Of a stretch of DNA of 64,000 nucleotides, positions 11,182 through 20,738 are shown piece after piece. Below the pieces are notes generated by a model. It was not told where the DNA came from. It saw only the letters and a list, made by a program, of their open reading frames with translations, and ran no database searches. Source of the stretch: an uncultured Actinomycetota bacterium (lineage in GTDB: Bacteria; Actinomycetota; Actinomycetes; Propionibacteriales; Nocardioidaceae); assembly GCA_963730035.1 (NCBI GenBank), contig CAVSPN010000002.1, positions 2,625,520 through 2,689,519 on the forward strand, written 5' to 3'. Each line of letters starts with the position of its first letter. Within the stretch, counting starts at the first letter, position 1. The position numbers and the translations under genes are program-made.

Positions 11182-11973
11182 ATGGGACGGATGAGCAGAT
11201 CAGGGGTCGGGCTGCGACCCCGGTACGGGCGGATCGCCGCGCTGGCCGCGGCGAGCTCGACGACCCTGGTCGCTCTCGTCGGCGGGGTCGTCACCGGCCT
11301 CGCGGACGGGTCCACCGACGACCGGGCGGCGGTCTCCCTGGCCGGCTCGGCTCTGCGCCCCGCATCGGGTGACGCCGGCGACGACGGTGCCGACGGTGAC
11401 GACGCAGCGGCCTCCGCCGCGCTGCTCACCGCCCCCTCGACCGGCGTGCGGGCCTCCCTCTCGGTCGGCCTGGCCTCGACAGGCAGCTCGACCGCGGGCT
11501 CGACCGCGGCCACCGGGCCGGAGTCCGAGAACCAGGCGGCCGAGCCCGTCCCCGAACAGGTGCCCGAGGTCCCGGCGCCGCCGAGGCGGAGCGGCGAGGG
11601 CCGTCGCGTCGTGTTCTCGGAGTCCCAGCAGCGGGTGTGGCTCGTCCGCGACGACGGCGAGGTGCAGCGGACCTACCTGGTCTCGGGGAGCCTCTACGAC
11701 AACCTCGACCCCGGGTCGTACGAGGTCTACTCGCGCTCGTTGGACGCCATCGGCGTCGACGGCTCCTCCCTGCGCTACATGGTCCGCTTCACGCAGGGCT
11801 GGAACGACGCGATCGGGTTCCACTGGATCCCGCGCATGAACGGCGAGCGGATGCAGACCCGCGCCGAGCTCGGGACGCCGCAGAGCCACGGCTGCGTGCG
11901 TCAGGCGGCTCCGGACGCCCGGGCGCTGTGGCGCTTCGCGCCCGTCGGGACCCCGGTCGTCGTCACCGCCTGA
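11182..11973 (+). CDS. L,D-transpeptidase (YkuD) family protein
   Basis: N-terminal membrane anchor. C-terminal YkuD catalytic motif GTPQSHGCVRQ. Confidence 0.85.
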   Translation: MGRMSRSGVGLRPRYGRIAALAAASSTTLVALVGGVVTGLADGSTDDRAAVSLAGSALRPASGDAGDDGADGDDAAASAALLTAPSTGVRASLSVGLASTGSSTAGSTAATGPESENQAAEPVPEQVPEVPAPPRRSGEGRRVVFSESQQRVWLVRDDGEVQRTYLVSGSLYDNLDPGSYEVYSRSLDAIGVDGSSLRYMVRFTQGWNDAIGFHWIPRMNGERMQTRAELGTPQSHGCVRQAAPDARALWRFAPVGTPVVVTA

Positions 11974-11983
11974 GCAGCGTGAG

Positions 11984-13435
11984 CTACTCGCTCGCGGGGA
12001 CCGGCTCGTCGGACCGCGTCCGCCGGCGGTTCCGGCTGCGCGTCCTCGCCGGCCGGGACCCGGGCTCCGCAGAGGCGTCGGACGCCGGGGTCGCGGTCGA
12101 CCCCTCCTCGCCGCCGGCGGGTGCGTCCCCGACCGCCTCGCCGCCGCGTGTCCGGCGGCGGCTGCGCGACCGGCTCCGCTCGCGGTCGGTACGCCGGGAC
12201 GCCTCGCTGTCACCGCCGCGCCGGGGTGAGGGCTCGGCCGGTGCCGCCGGCACCAGCCGACCGCGGACGTCCCTAGGGATGCCGAGGTCGGTGAAGAGGT
12301 GCTCGGAGGTCGAGTAGGTCTCGACCAGCTCGTCGAACGGCAGGTCGAGCGCCTTGTTGATCACCTTCCACCGCGTCACGTCGGCCCAGTCGACGAAGGT
12401 GACCGCAATGCCGGTCGCGCCGGCACGACCGGTGCGACCGATGCGGTGGACGTAGGTGTTCTCGTCCTCGGGACAGCTGAAGTTGATCACGTGGGTGACG
12501 TCGGCGACGTCGATGCCACGGGCGGCGACGTCGGTCGCGACGAGCACCCGGACCTTCCGCTCGCGGAATCGGGCCATCGCCTTCTCGCGGGCGACCTGCG
12601 CCATGTCACCGTGCAGCGGGCTGGCCGGGAAGCCGCGCTCGACGAGCTCGTCGGCCACCCGCTGCGACTGCCGCTTGGTGCGCGTGAAGACGATCGTCGA
12701 GCCGGAGTTCTCGGCCTGCAGGATCCGGCTGATCATCTCGACCTTGTCCAGGTCGTGCACCTGGTAGATGAACTGCGCCGTGGCCGGCACGGTCGCCTGC
12801 TCGTAGGAGGACTCCGCGCGGATGTTGACGGGGTGGCGCATGTGGGTGCGCGCCAGCGTGACGATCGCTCCCGGCATCGTGGCCGAGAACAGCATCGTCT
12901 GCCGGGTCTCGGGGGTCTTGGCGAGCAGCCGCTCGACGTCGGGCAGGAAGCCGAGGTCGAGCATCTCGTCGGCCTCGTCGAGGACGAGCACCTTGACGTG
13001 GGAGAGGTCGAGCGAGCGCCGGTTCGCCAGGTCGAGCAACCGTCCCGGCGTACCCACGACGACCTCGACGCCCGAGGCGAGCGCCTCGAGCTGGACCTCG
13101 TAGGGGACACCGCCGTACACGGTGAGGATGCGGGTGCCCCGGTCCTCCGCGGCGAGCTTGAGGTCGTTGGTGACCTGCAGCGCGAGCTCGCGGGTGGGGG
13201 CGACGACGAGCGCCTGCGGCTTGTCGGGCGCCACGAGGTCGGAGTGGTCGGGGTCGTGTGGGGCGACGGTCCGCTGCAGCAGCGGGATGCCGAACGCGAG
13301 CGTCTTGCCGGTCCCGGTGCGGGCCTGGCCGATGAGGTCGGTGCCGAGCAGGGCGACGCTGAGCGTCATCTCCTGGATCGGGAAGGGAGTGGTGATGCCG
13401 CCGCGCTCGAGCGCGCTGGCGATCTCGGGGAGCAC
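11984..13435 (-). CDS. rhlE: DEAD-box ATP-dependent RNA helicase (RhlE-like)
   Basis: Q motif PFPIQ, AQTGTGKT-type Walker A (ARTGTGKT), DEAD (VLDEADEM), SAT, HRIGRTGRAG, and a basic Arg/Ser-rich tail. The true start may be CTG at 13459 (see findings). Confidence 0.9.
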   Translation of the reverse strand: MLPEIASALERGGITTPFPIQEMTLSVALLGTDLIGQARTGTGKTLAFGIPLLQRTVAPHDPDHSDLVAPDKPQALVVAPTRELALQVTNDLKLAAEDRGTRILTVYGGVPYEVQLEALASGVEVVVGTPGRLLDLANRRSLDLSHVKVLVLDEADEMLDLGFLPDVERLLAKTPETRQTMLFSATMPGAIVTLARTHMRHPVNIRAESSYEQATVPATAQFIYQVHDLDKVEMISRILQAENSGSTIVFTRTKRQSQRVADELVERGFPASPLHGDMAQVAREKAMARFRERKVRVLVATDVAARGIDVADVTHVINFSCPEDENTYVHRIGRTGRAGATGIAVTFVDWADVTRWKVINKALDLPFDELVETYSTSEHLFTDLGIPRDVRGRLVPAAPAEPSPRRGGDSEASRRTDRERSRSRSRRRTRGGEAVGDAPAGGEEGSTATPASDASAEPGSRPARTRSRNRRRTRSDEPVPASE

Positions 13436-13535
13436 CCCGAGGTCTCGGAAGGTTGTCAGGGTCCTGCCTTCGTGTCTTGGGCGCTCGACAGAGCGCTCTC
13501 GTCGGAGGACGCCATGGTATCGGTAGGCTGCACCG

Positions 13536-14237
13536 GTGGCAGAACCGTCGAGGTCAGCGAGCGCGCAGGCGCTCGAGGATCCGGCCTACCGGGCCGCGGT
13601 GGTCGACCTGCTCGGCGTCATCGCCTACGGCGAGATCTCGGCCTTCGACCGGCTGGCCCAGGACTCGCGGTCCGCCCCGACCCTCCCGGACAAGGTCGAG
13701 CTGGCGCGGATGGCGGCGGCCGAGTTCGGCCACTACGAGCGGCTGTGCGCACACCTGTCCGGGCTCGGCGCGGACCCCTACCGGGCGATGCAGCCGTTCG
13801 TCGCGGCGGTGGACGCCTTCCACGCCCGGACGGCGTCATCGGACTGGCTCGAGGGCCTGGTGACGGCGTACGTCGGGGACGGCCTGGCCGCCGACTTCTA
13901 CGCCGAGATCGCCACCTTCGTCGACGCCGACACCCGGGCGCTGGTCCTCGAGAGCCTCCGCGACGCCGGCCAGTCGGCCTTCGTGGTCGACCGCGTGCGG
14001 GCGGCGATCGCCGCCGACCCCCGGGTCGGTGGCCGGCTGGCGCTCTGGGGCCGCCGGCTCATGGGCGAGGCGCTCATCCAGGCGCAGCGGGTCGCGGCCG
14101 AGCGCGACGAGCTGACCGCGCTGCTCACCGGGGGGGTCGACCGCCCAGGCCTCGACCTCGCGGCGCTGGGGCGGCTCTTCACCCGGCTGACCGAGAACCA
14201 CACCCGCCGGATGGAGTCGCTGGGCCTCGCCGCCTGA
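13536..14237 (+). CDS. Ferritin-like fold protein (MiaE-like)
   Basis: 233 aa with helical E..H-type motifs (AAEFGHYERL). Divergent from the DEAD-box gene, as in other actinobacteria. Confidence 0.65.
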   Translation: MAEPSRSASAQALEDPAYRAAVVDLLGVIAYGEISAFDRLAQDSRSAPTLPDKVELARMAAAEFGHYERLCAHLSGLGADPYRAMQPFVAAVDAFHARTASSDWLEGLVTAYVGDGLAADFYAEIATFVDADTRALVLESLRDAGQSAFVVDRVRAAIAADPRVGGRLALWGRRLMGEALIQAQRVAAERDELTALLTGGVDRPGLDLAALGRLFTRLTENHTRRMESLGLAA

Positions 14238-14284
14238 GGAGCAGGCCTGAGGAACAGCCCGCGGAGTGCCGGCCAGGGGACGGG

Positions 14285-14509
14285 TCAGGAGCGGAAGCCG
14301 ACCTGCCCGGTCGAGGGCGAGCCGAGCTCGACGTAGGCCAGCTTCGCGCCGGGGACGATCACCTTGCGCCCCTTGGTGTCGGTCAGCAGCAGCAGCCCGG
14401 CGTCGCTGGAGAGCGCCTCGTTCACCGCCGTCGCGATCTCGTCGCCGGTCATGGGGCTGTCGATGACCAGCTCGCGGTTGGCGAACTGGACGCCGATCTT
14501 GACCTCCAC
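14285..14509 (-). CDS. DUF3107 protein (TB9.4-like)
   Basis: GTG at 14509 gives the 74-aa VEVKIGVQFANRELVIDS... typical of DUF3107. It lies next to TetR, as Rv3208A/Rv3208 do. Confidence 0.75.
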   Translation of the reverse strand: MEVKIGVQFANRELVIDSPMTGDEIATAVNEALSSDAGLLLLTDTKGRKVIVPGAKLAYVELGSPSTGQVGFRS

Positions 14510-14590
14510 GTGGTGCTCCTTCGCTGCCTGCGTCCTGAGGGTCGGTGCCGGGGGTGCCGCGTGCGGCGAGCTCGCCCGCATCCCGCCACC

Positions 14591-15250
14591 CTAGTCGGCC
14601 ACGGGGAGCCCCGGCCCGGCGGCGGCCGCGCGCTCGTCCGCGAGCGGGAAGCGGCTGATCCCGCGCCAGGCGAGCGAGGCGATGAGGGAGGCCGCCTCCT
14701 CCTCGGGGATCTCGCCCTGGCCGTCGATCCAGAACCGGGCGCTCACCTGGGCCATCCCCACGAGCGCGACCGCCAGCAGCCGCGAGGCCTCGTCGGAGAG
14801 GCCGGTGTCGGTGTGGATCACCTCGGTGATCGCCGCGGCGCAGCTCTCGGTGACCCGGTCCACCTGCGCCCGGACCGCGGGCTCGTTGGTCAGGTCGGAC
14901 TCGAAGACCAGCCGGAAGGCGCCCTGGGCGCTGGAGACGTAGTCGTAGAACACCCGCATGGTCGCGGCGACCCGCTGCTTGTTGTCCGGCGTCGAGGCGA
15001 GCGCGGCCCTCGTGGCGTCGATGATCCGGTCCGACGCCTGCTCGAGCAGCGCCAGGTAGAGGTCCAGCTTGCCCGGGAAGTGCTGGTAGAGCACCGGTTT
15101 GGAGACCCCGGCGCGCTCCGCGATGTCGTCCATCGCGGCTGCGTGGAACCCCTGGGCGACGAAGACCTCGAGCGCCGCCTCCAGGAGCTGGGCGCGCCGG
15201 GCCGGGCGGGGGAGCCGCAGCCCGCGCGAGCGGGCGTCGGGCACGGTCAC
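14591..15250 (-). CDS. TetR/AcrR family transcriptional regulator
   Basis: HTH region AAMDDIAERAGVSKPVLYQHFPGK. GTG start at 15250. Confidence 0.85.
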   Translation of the reverse strand: MTVPDARSRGLRLPRPARRAQLLEAALEVFVAQGFHAAAMDDIAERAGVSKPVLYQHFPGKLDLYLALLEQASDRIIDATRAALASTPDNKQRVAATMRVFYDYVSSAQGAFRLVFESDLTNEPAVRAQVDRVTESCAAAITEVIHTDTGLSDEASRLLAVALVGMAQVSARFWIDGQGEIPEEEAASLIASLAWRGISRFPLADERAAAAGPGLPVAD

Positions 15251-15412
15251 GCACCACCTCCGGGCTCTCGTCGGACCGGCCGCACAGTACTCGCCGGCCG
15301 CTGTGGGTCCGGATCCTGAGACCTCGTCCGACCTGCGGGGACCGCTGGGGAACATGGCAGGCCGGCACGGTGTTGCACCCACCGGATCAGTCCTGCCGCC
15401 CGAGGAGAAGCC

Positions 15413-16627
15413 GTGCCCCTGCCCCCGCTGGTCGAGCCTGCGCCCGAGCTCACGATCGACGAGGTCCGCCGCTACAGCCGGCACCTGATCATCCCCGACG
15501 TCGGCATGAGCGGCCAGAAGCGGCTCAAGAACGCCAAGGTGCTCGTCATCGGCGCCGGCGGGCTCGGCTCGCCCGCGCTGCTCTACCTGGCCGCGGCCGG
15601 AGTCGGCACGATCGGCATCGCGGAGTTCGACGAGGTCGACGAGTCGAACCTGCAGCGCCAGATCATCCACGGCCAGAGCGACATCGGGCGGCCCAAGGTG
15701 GCCTCTGCGCGCGACTCGATCATGGAGGCCAACCCCTACGTCGACGTGGTGATGCACGAGGAGCGGCTCGACAACGACAACGTGCTGCAGGTCTTCGAGC
15801 CCTACGACCTCATCGTCGACGGCACCGACAACTTCGCGACCCGCTACATGGTCAACGACGCGGCGTACTTCCTGCGCAAGCCGTACGTCTGGGGTTCGAT
15901 CTACCGCTTCGACGGTCAGGCGAGCGTGTTCTGGCCCACCCTCGAGGGGGCCGACGCGCCCTGCTACCGCTGCCTCTACCCCGAGCCGCCGCCGCCGGGG
16001 ATGGTGCCGTCGTGCGCCGAGGGCGGCGTCCTGGGCGTGCTGTGCGCCAGCGTCGGCTCCATCCAGGTCAACGAGGCGATCAAGCTCCTCACCGGGATCG
16101 GCGAGCCGCTCGTCGGCAGGCTGATGATCTACGACGCGCTCGAGATGGAGTACCGCAAGCTCAAGGTCCGCAAGGACCCCGGCTGCGCGCTGTGCGGGGA
16201 GAACCCGACGGTGACCGGGCTCATCGACTACGACACCTTCTGCGGCGCGGTGAGCGACGAGGCCGCCGAGGCGGCCGCCGACGCGACGATCTCGGTGACC
16301 CAGCTCGAGCAGTGGCTCAAGCAGCGCGACAACGGGGAGCGCGACTTCGTGCTCGTCGACGTCCGCGAGCCCAACGAGTACGAGATCAACAAGATCCCCG
16401 GCTCGGTGCTCATCCCCAAGGGCGACTTCCTCAACGGCGCGGCGCTCGAGCAGCTCTCCGGCCTGACCGGCGGCGACAAGCAGGTCGTCATGCACTGCAA
16501 GACCGGGGTGCGGTCCGCCGAGACCCTCGCGATCGTCAAGGGCGCCGGGTACGCCGACGCGGTGCACGTCGGTGGCGGCGTCTCGGCCTGGGTCAACCAG
16601 GTCGACCCCTCCCAGCCGGCGTACTGA
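15413..16627 (+). CDS. moeZ: Adenylyltransferase/sulfurtransferase MoeZ (ThiF domain + rhodanese)
   Basis: RYSRHLIIPDVG, VIGAGGLGSP, two CxxC pairs (CYRC, CALC), and a C-terminal rhodanese with HCKTGVRS. Confidence 0.9.
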   Translation: MPLPPLVEPAPELTIDEVRRYSRHLIIPDVGMSGQKRLKNAKVLVIGAGGLGSPALLYLAAAGVGTIGIAEFDEVDESNLQRQIIHGQSDIGRPKVASARDSIMEANPYVDVVMHEERLDNDNVLQVFEPYDLIVDGTDNFATRYMVNDAAYFLRKPYVWGSIYRFDGQASVFWPTLEGADAPCYRCLYPEPPPPGMVPSCAEGGVLGVLCASVGSIQVNEAIKLLTGIGEPLVGRLMIYDALEMEYRKLKVRKDPGCALCGENPTVTGLIDYDTFCGAVSDEAAEAAADATISVTQLEQWLKQRDNGERDFVLVDVREPNEYEINKIPGSVLIPKGDFLNGAALEQLSGLTGGDKQVVMHCKTGVRSAETLAIVKGAGYADAVHVGGGVSAWVNQVDPSQPAY

Positions 16628-16645
16628 CCTCCTCGACCGGCCGCG

Positions 16646-16933
16646 GTGGACGAGCGGTTCGTCGAGGACGTCCTCGCGCTGGTCGAATGCGTGCCTCGGG
16701 GACGCGTCACGACGTACGGCGCCATCGGCGACCGGCTGGGCCGCGGGCCGCGCCTGGTCGGCCGGGTGCTCGCCGAGTACGGCGGGCCGGTGCCGTGGTG
16801 GCGGGTCGTCAGGGCCGACGGCTCGCTGCCCCCGAGCCACGACGCGGCCGCGGTCCAGGAGTACCGCGCTGAAGGGACCCCGATGCGGGCCTCGGGCCGC
16901 GTCGACATGGTCGCGGCTTTCTGGTCACCGTGA
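16646..16933 (+). CDS. MGMT-family DNA-binding protein lacking the acceptor Cys (alkyltransferase-like, ATL)
   Basis: 95 aa with RVTTYGAIG and PVPWWRVV in place of the PCHRV motif. Confidence 0.8.
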   Translation: MDERFVEDVLALVECVPRGRVTTYGAIGDRLGRGPRLVGRVLAEYGGPVPWWRVVRADGSLPPSHDAAAVQEYRAEGTPMRASGRVDMVAAFWSP

Positions 16934-18340
16934 CGCGCGGGCTCGGGTGCGCTCCGCGAGCGCGGCGAGCGCGGCCGGGAAGACCTCGGCGGGCGGCGTG
17001 ACGAGCCCCGCGCCGACCTGACCGGTGCCGGCCACCTTCCCGGCCATGCCGGTGTTGATCTGCGGCAGGATGCCGGTCCGGCAGACGGCCGCGACGTCGA
17101 TCCCGGTCGGCGTCCCCTCGAAGTCGAGGACCGGCACCGTCCACCGCGGGTTCCGGGCGAGTGTGATCTCGTGCATCCGCCGGGTGGTGGCCAGCGCGTC
17201 GGGCACGGTCCCGCCGACGAAGCGGACGATGGCAGGGGCGGTCGCCATCGCGAAGCCGCCGAGCCCCGCGGTCTCGGTGATCGCGGAGTCCCCGATGTCG
17301 GGGTTGGCGTCCTCCGGCCCGTAGTCGCCGAGGAACAGCCCGTCGGCCAGCTGCGCGGGGCCGGTGAACCACTCGTCGTCGGTGCCGGCCACCTGGATGC
17401 CGAAGTCGGTGCCGTTGCGGGCCATCGCCACCACCACCGTCGACCCGTCGGTCCCGCGGGCCGCGTCCAGCGCAAGCTTGCAGGCGGGCATCGCGAGGTT
17501 GAGGAAGAAGTGGTCGTTGGCGCCGACGAACCGCAGCGCCTCGGCGACGTCCTCGGCCGGGGCGCCGCTGCGCACCAGGGCCGGGCCGAGGTCGCGCAGC
17601 AGCATCAGCGTCCCGGCGCGGTTGCGGTTGTGCGCCTCGTCACCCATCTGGAGCATCTGGGTGAGGATCCCGGTGACGTCCACCGGCGCGGCGCTGTCCG
17701 CCACCCGGCGCACCGCGGAGCGCAGCAGCGGGCCGAGCACCGCCGACATCCAGCGGAGCCGGTCGAGCACCTCGGGGCCGTAGGCGCCGTACCGGAGCAC
17801 CTTGCCGAGCCCCTCGTTGAGCGAGCAGGCGGTACGCCGGCCGGTGGCGGGGTCCTCGAGCACGAAGAGCCACATCGACGGGCTGACGACACCGGCCATC
17901 GGGCCGACCGCTCCTCTGCCGTGGCACGGCTCGAACGTGAACCGTCCCGAGCCGAAGTGCTCGGCCGCTGCCTCCGGGTCGTCGACGAGCCCCTCGAGCG
18001 CCGCGGCCCCCATCAGCGCGCCGCGCAGCGGCCCCGACGTGCGGTCCCAGGCGATCGGCGGGCCGGCGTGGAGGAACTGGCCGGGCTCCAGGCCCAGCAC
18101 CTCCGAGGCCGGCGCGACGTCGACCAGTGCCGCTCGGACGCCGAGGACGGCCTCGACGGCGCGGTCGTTCGCCGCCGCCCGCAGCGGGTCGCCCAGCACG
18201 GTGGCGAGGTCCGACGACGTGCCCGCCATCGGCGGACGCCACTCCACCCGCTCGACCGCGACACCCTGTCCCGCAACGGCGTCCGCCAGCAGGGCGGCAC
18301 CGGCGGTGACCACGACGTCCGGGCGGCGGGTCGGGTTCAC
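16925..18340 (-). CDS. DUF1116 protein (YlbE / oxamate carbamoyltransferase AllG-like)
   Basis: 471 aa. GTG at 18340 overlaps the fdrA stop (GTGA). The sequence resembles YlbE-type DUF1116 (..FLHAGPPI..GAVGPMAG..NEGLG..). Confidence 0.75.
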   Translation of the reverse strand: MNPTRRPDVVVTAGAALLADAVAGQGVAVERVEWRPPMAGTSSDLATVLGDPLRAAANDRAVEAVLGVRAALVDVAPASEVLGLEPGQFLHAGPPIAWDRTSGPLRGALMGAAALEGLVDDPEAAAEHFGSGRFTFEPCHGRGAVGPMAGVVSPSMWLFVLEDPATGRRTACSLNEGLGKVLRYGAYGPEVLDRLRWMSAVLGPLLRSAVRRVADSAAPVDVTGILTQMLQMGDEAHNRNRAGTLMLLRDLGPALVRSGAPAEDVAEALRFVGANDHFFLNLAMPACKLALDAARGTDGSTVVVAMARNGTDFGIQVAGTDDEWFTGPAQLADGLFLGDYGPEDANPDIGDSAITETAGLGGFAMATAPAIVRFVGGTVPDALATTRRMHEITLARNPRWTVPVLDFEGTPTGIDVAAVCRTGILPQINTGMAGKVAGTGQVGAGLVTPPAEVFPAALAALAERTRARASR

Positions 18341-19938
18341 TGCGGGACCGCCGCCTCGTCGATCCCGGCCTCCTCGACGCCGTCCTCCTCCAGGAGGACC
18401 TCCGGCGGGAGCAGCCCGACCGCCCGAGCGACGGCCTGGGCGTTCGAGAGGTACACCTCCGCGCCGGCCTCGGCCAGCCGCCGCGCCTGCACGCTCAGCC
18501 GCTGCGGGTCCCGCTCGGTCCCGACACAGGTGACCACGACCGACAACCGGCGCCCGGCACGGCCGGCCTCGGCCAGGGCCGACGCGACGGCGGGGGCGAG
18601 GGTCGAGGCGGGGTCGGGGTCGGCGCCGTGCCCCAGGACGACGTCGAGCAGGACCACCGCGGTCGTCGGGTCGGCGGCGACGTCGGCGAGGTGCTGGAGC
18701 CGCAAGGTCGGGTCGATCATCGGGTGCGCCCGGCCGCGGGTCAGCGCGTCGTCGCCGAAGTCCAGCATCACGTGGTCGCGGACGCCGGAGGCGACGACCG
18801 GGTCGACGGCGAGGTCCGGCGTCAGCGGGATGTTGCTGCGCACCGGGCCCAGCCACTCCTCGGCCACGAGCATCGCCTCGTCGCAGAGCGTGCCGCCGAC
18901 GAAGAGCCCCCGGAGCCACCGGCCGGGCGCTCCGGTGTCCTCCTGCTGGGGGTCCACCGACCCCCAGGTCGGCCAGGTCGGGACCGGCAGGCCCATCTCG
19001 AGGAGCAGCGCCTCGACGGTCGCGGTGAGGTCGGGCTGGAATCGCCCGAGCAGCGCCAGGTGGACCGGGGTGGCCAGCGACGCGGCGTGCTCCTGGAGCT
19101 GCTGCGCGACCTCCGGAGCGGGCGGCTTGGAGACCAGCACGATTCGATCGACCTCCGGGTCCTGGTCGAGGCGACGCAGCGCCTCCCGGGTCGAGCGGCC
19201 GCCGACCGCCGCGGAGAGGTCGCGCCCACCGACCCCGAGCGCCGCGCCGACGCCGACGCCGACCGCGTCGAGCAGGCAGAGGAGCTGCTGGCAGCCGGTC
19301 CCCGAGGCCGCGACGACGCCGACCCGGCCCGAGCGCGTGACGTTGGCGAAGCCGAGCCCCACACCGCCCACGACGGCGGTGCCGCAGTCCGGGCCCATCA
19401 CCAGCAACCCGCGCTCCGACGCCGCGTCCTTGAGGGCGACCTCCTGGTCCACCGGGACGTTGTCGCTGAAGATCATCACGTCGAGGCCGGCAGCGAGTGC
19501 GTCCCACGCCTCGACGGCGGCGTGCTCGCCGGGCACCGACACCAGCGCGATCCCCGAGCCCGGGGCGGCGCCGGACCGCGCCGCCGCCGACCGGAGGGTC
19601 CGCGGCGGTACGTCGGGCACCGCTCCCGCGACGCTCTCGCGAGCACCGCTCGGGCCGGCCAGGGCCAGGTCGACCGCGGCCAGCGCTCGCGGCACGGCGT
19701 CCGGGTCCTCGGACCGGATCGCGACGACGAGGTCGTCGGGGGAGCATGGCGGCACCGCGAAGCCCATGCCCGCGAGCACCTCGACGTTGAGCGGCGTCGC
19801 CATCGCGACCTGCGCGGCGAGCACCCCCGGCGTGGCGGCGACGTCGCGGCTGACCGCGAGGAGCCGCACCGAGTCGGCGTAGGCGCCGTGCCGGACCTCG
19901 ACGTGCTGCGTCACGGGCTGGGTCACGGGCTGGGTCAC
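18337..19938 (-). CDS. fdrA: FdrA family protein (acyl-CoA synthetase-like; AllF-like)
   Basis: VEVRHGAYADSVRLLAVS N-terminus and succinyl-CoA-ligase-like GPDCGTAVVGG / GNVTRSGRVGVVAASGTG motifs. Three in-frame GTGs (19938, 19926, 19914) lie in a 12-bp repeat. Confidence 0.8.
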   Translation of the reverse strand: MTQPVTQPVTQHVEVRHGAYADSVRLLAVSRDVAATPGVLAAQVAMATPLNVEVLAGMGFAVPPCSPDDLVVAIRSEDPDAVPRALAAVDLALAGPSGARESVAGAVPDVPPRTLRSAAARSGAAPGSGIALVSVPGEHAAVEAWDALAAGLDVMIFSDNVPVDQEVALKDAASERGLLVMGPDCGTAVVGGVGLGFANVTRSGRVGVVAASGTGCQQLLCLLDAVGVGVGAALGVGGRDLSAAVGGRSTREALRRLDQDPEVDRIVLVSKPPAPEVAQQLQEHAASLATPVHLALLGRFQPDLTATVEALLLEMGLPVPTWPTWGSVDPQQEDTGAPGRWLRGLFVGGTLCDEAMLVAEEWLGPVRSNIPLTPDLAVDPVVASGVRDHVMLDFGDDALTRGRAHPMIDPTLRLQHLADVAADPTTAVVLLDVVLGHGADPDPASTLAPAVASALAEAGRAGRRLSVVVTCVGTERDPQRLSVQARRLAEAGAEVYLSNAQAVARAVGLLPPEVLLEEDGVEEAGIDEAAVPQ

Positions 19939-20738
19939 GGGGTGGCCCCGACCAGCGCGGCGAGCGAGCCGAGGGCGCACACGGTCCCGAGCAGCACCCC
20001 CGCGCCGGAGGTGTCGCCGACGGCGAGGAGCAGGTCCACCGCCCGCTGGTCCGGCGTCGGGTCGTCGGTGGCGAGCCCGGCCAGCAGGGTGCGCAGCTCC
20101 GGCACGACCTCCCCCCGGGCGGCACACGCCAGCAGCGTCGCGGAGAGCGTCGTGGTTCGCTCGACGGCCGTCATCGCCACGGCCCGGCGTACCTCCTCGA
20201 GGCCGCCGTGCCGGGTGGCGACCGCGGTCGCGAGCCAGCCGCCGAGGACGTCGTCGCCGAGCGGGGTCAGCCCGGGCCCGCGACCGACGAGCGGCCGCAC
20301 CGCGGCTGCGTCACCGCGGCAGAGCGCGTCGAGCGCGTCGCTCGGCAGCAGGTCGCGGACGGTCCCGGTGGCCTCGGCCGCCAGGGGCGCCAGCCGGCGG
20401 GTCGCCCGGGCCGCGGCCGACGGCGAGAGCACCGGGACGGTGGTGTCGACGATCTCGGTGACGTGCACCTCGAGCCCCGGCAGCGTGAGGGTGCCGTTCC
20501 CGACGGTGGCCTCGGTCCCCGGGGGGACGTGGGGCAGCGTCGGGAGCGGGGTCCGGATCCCGCAGGGCACCTGCACCGCCCCGGTAGCCAGCAGGCCGGT
20601 GCAGGTCCCCTCGAGGTCGAGGTAGACCGCGTCCGGCCCGGCGTGGAGGACGGCCGCGGTCCGGGGGAGCCCGGCGACCTGGCCGAGGACCCGGACCGAC
20701 GCGGACCCGAGCACGCGCACGCCGGCGTCCGAGGTCAT
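19935..20738 (-). CDS. DUF2877 protein (YlbF / AllH-like)
   Basis: 267 aa, first gene of the fdrA operon, with its stop overlapping the fdrA GTG. The assignment rests on position and general resemblance, not a search. Confidence 0.6.
   Translation of the reverse strand: MTSDAGVRVLGSASVRVLGQVAGLPRTAAVLHAGPDAVYLDLEGTCTGLLATGAVQVPCGIRTPLPTLPHVPPGTEATVGNGTLTLPGLEVHVTEIVDTTVPVLSPSAAARATRRLAPLAAEATGTVRDLLPSDALDALCRGDAAAVRPLVGRGPGLTPLGDDVLGGWLATAVATRHGGLEEVRRAVAMTAVERTTTLSATLLACAARGEVVPELRTLLAGLATDDPTPDQRAVDLLLAVGDTSGAGVLLGTVCALGSLAALVGATP

Noticed and set aside
16925-20125. Single 1066-aa ORF, and the 685-aa ORF 6045..8102 and 1008-aa ORF 28979..32005.
   Set aside because: Only the C-terminal parts carry recognisable domains (DUF1116, NUDIX, MFS). 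The N-terminal extensions are antisense read-through of neighbouring genes. Internal GTG/ATG starts with 4-bp overlaps or SD sites give family-typical lengths.
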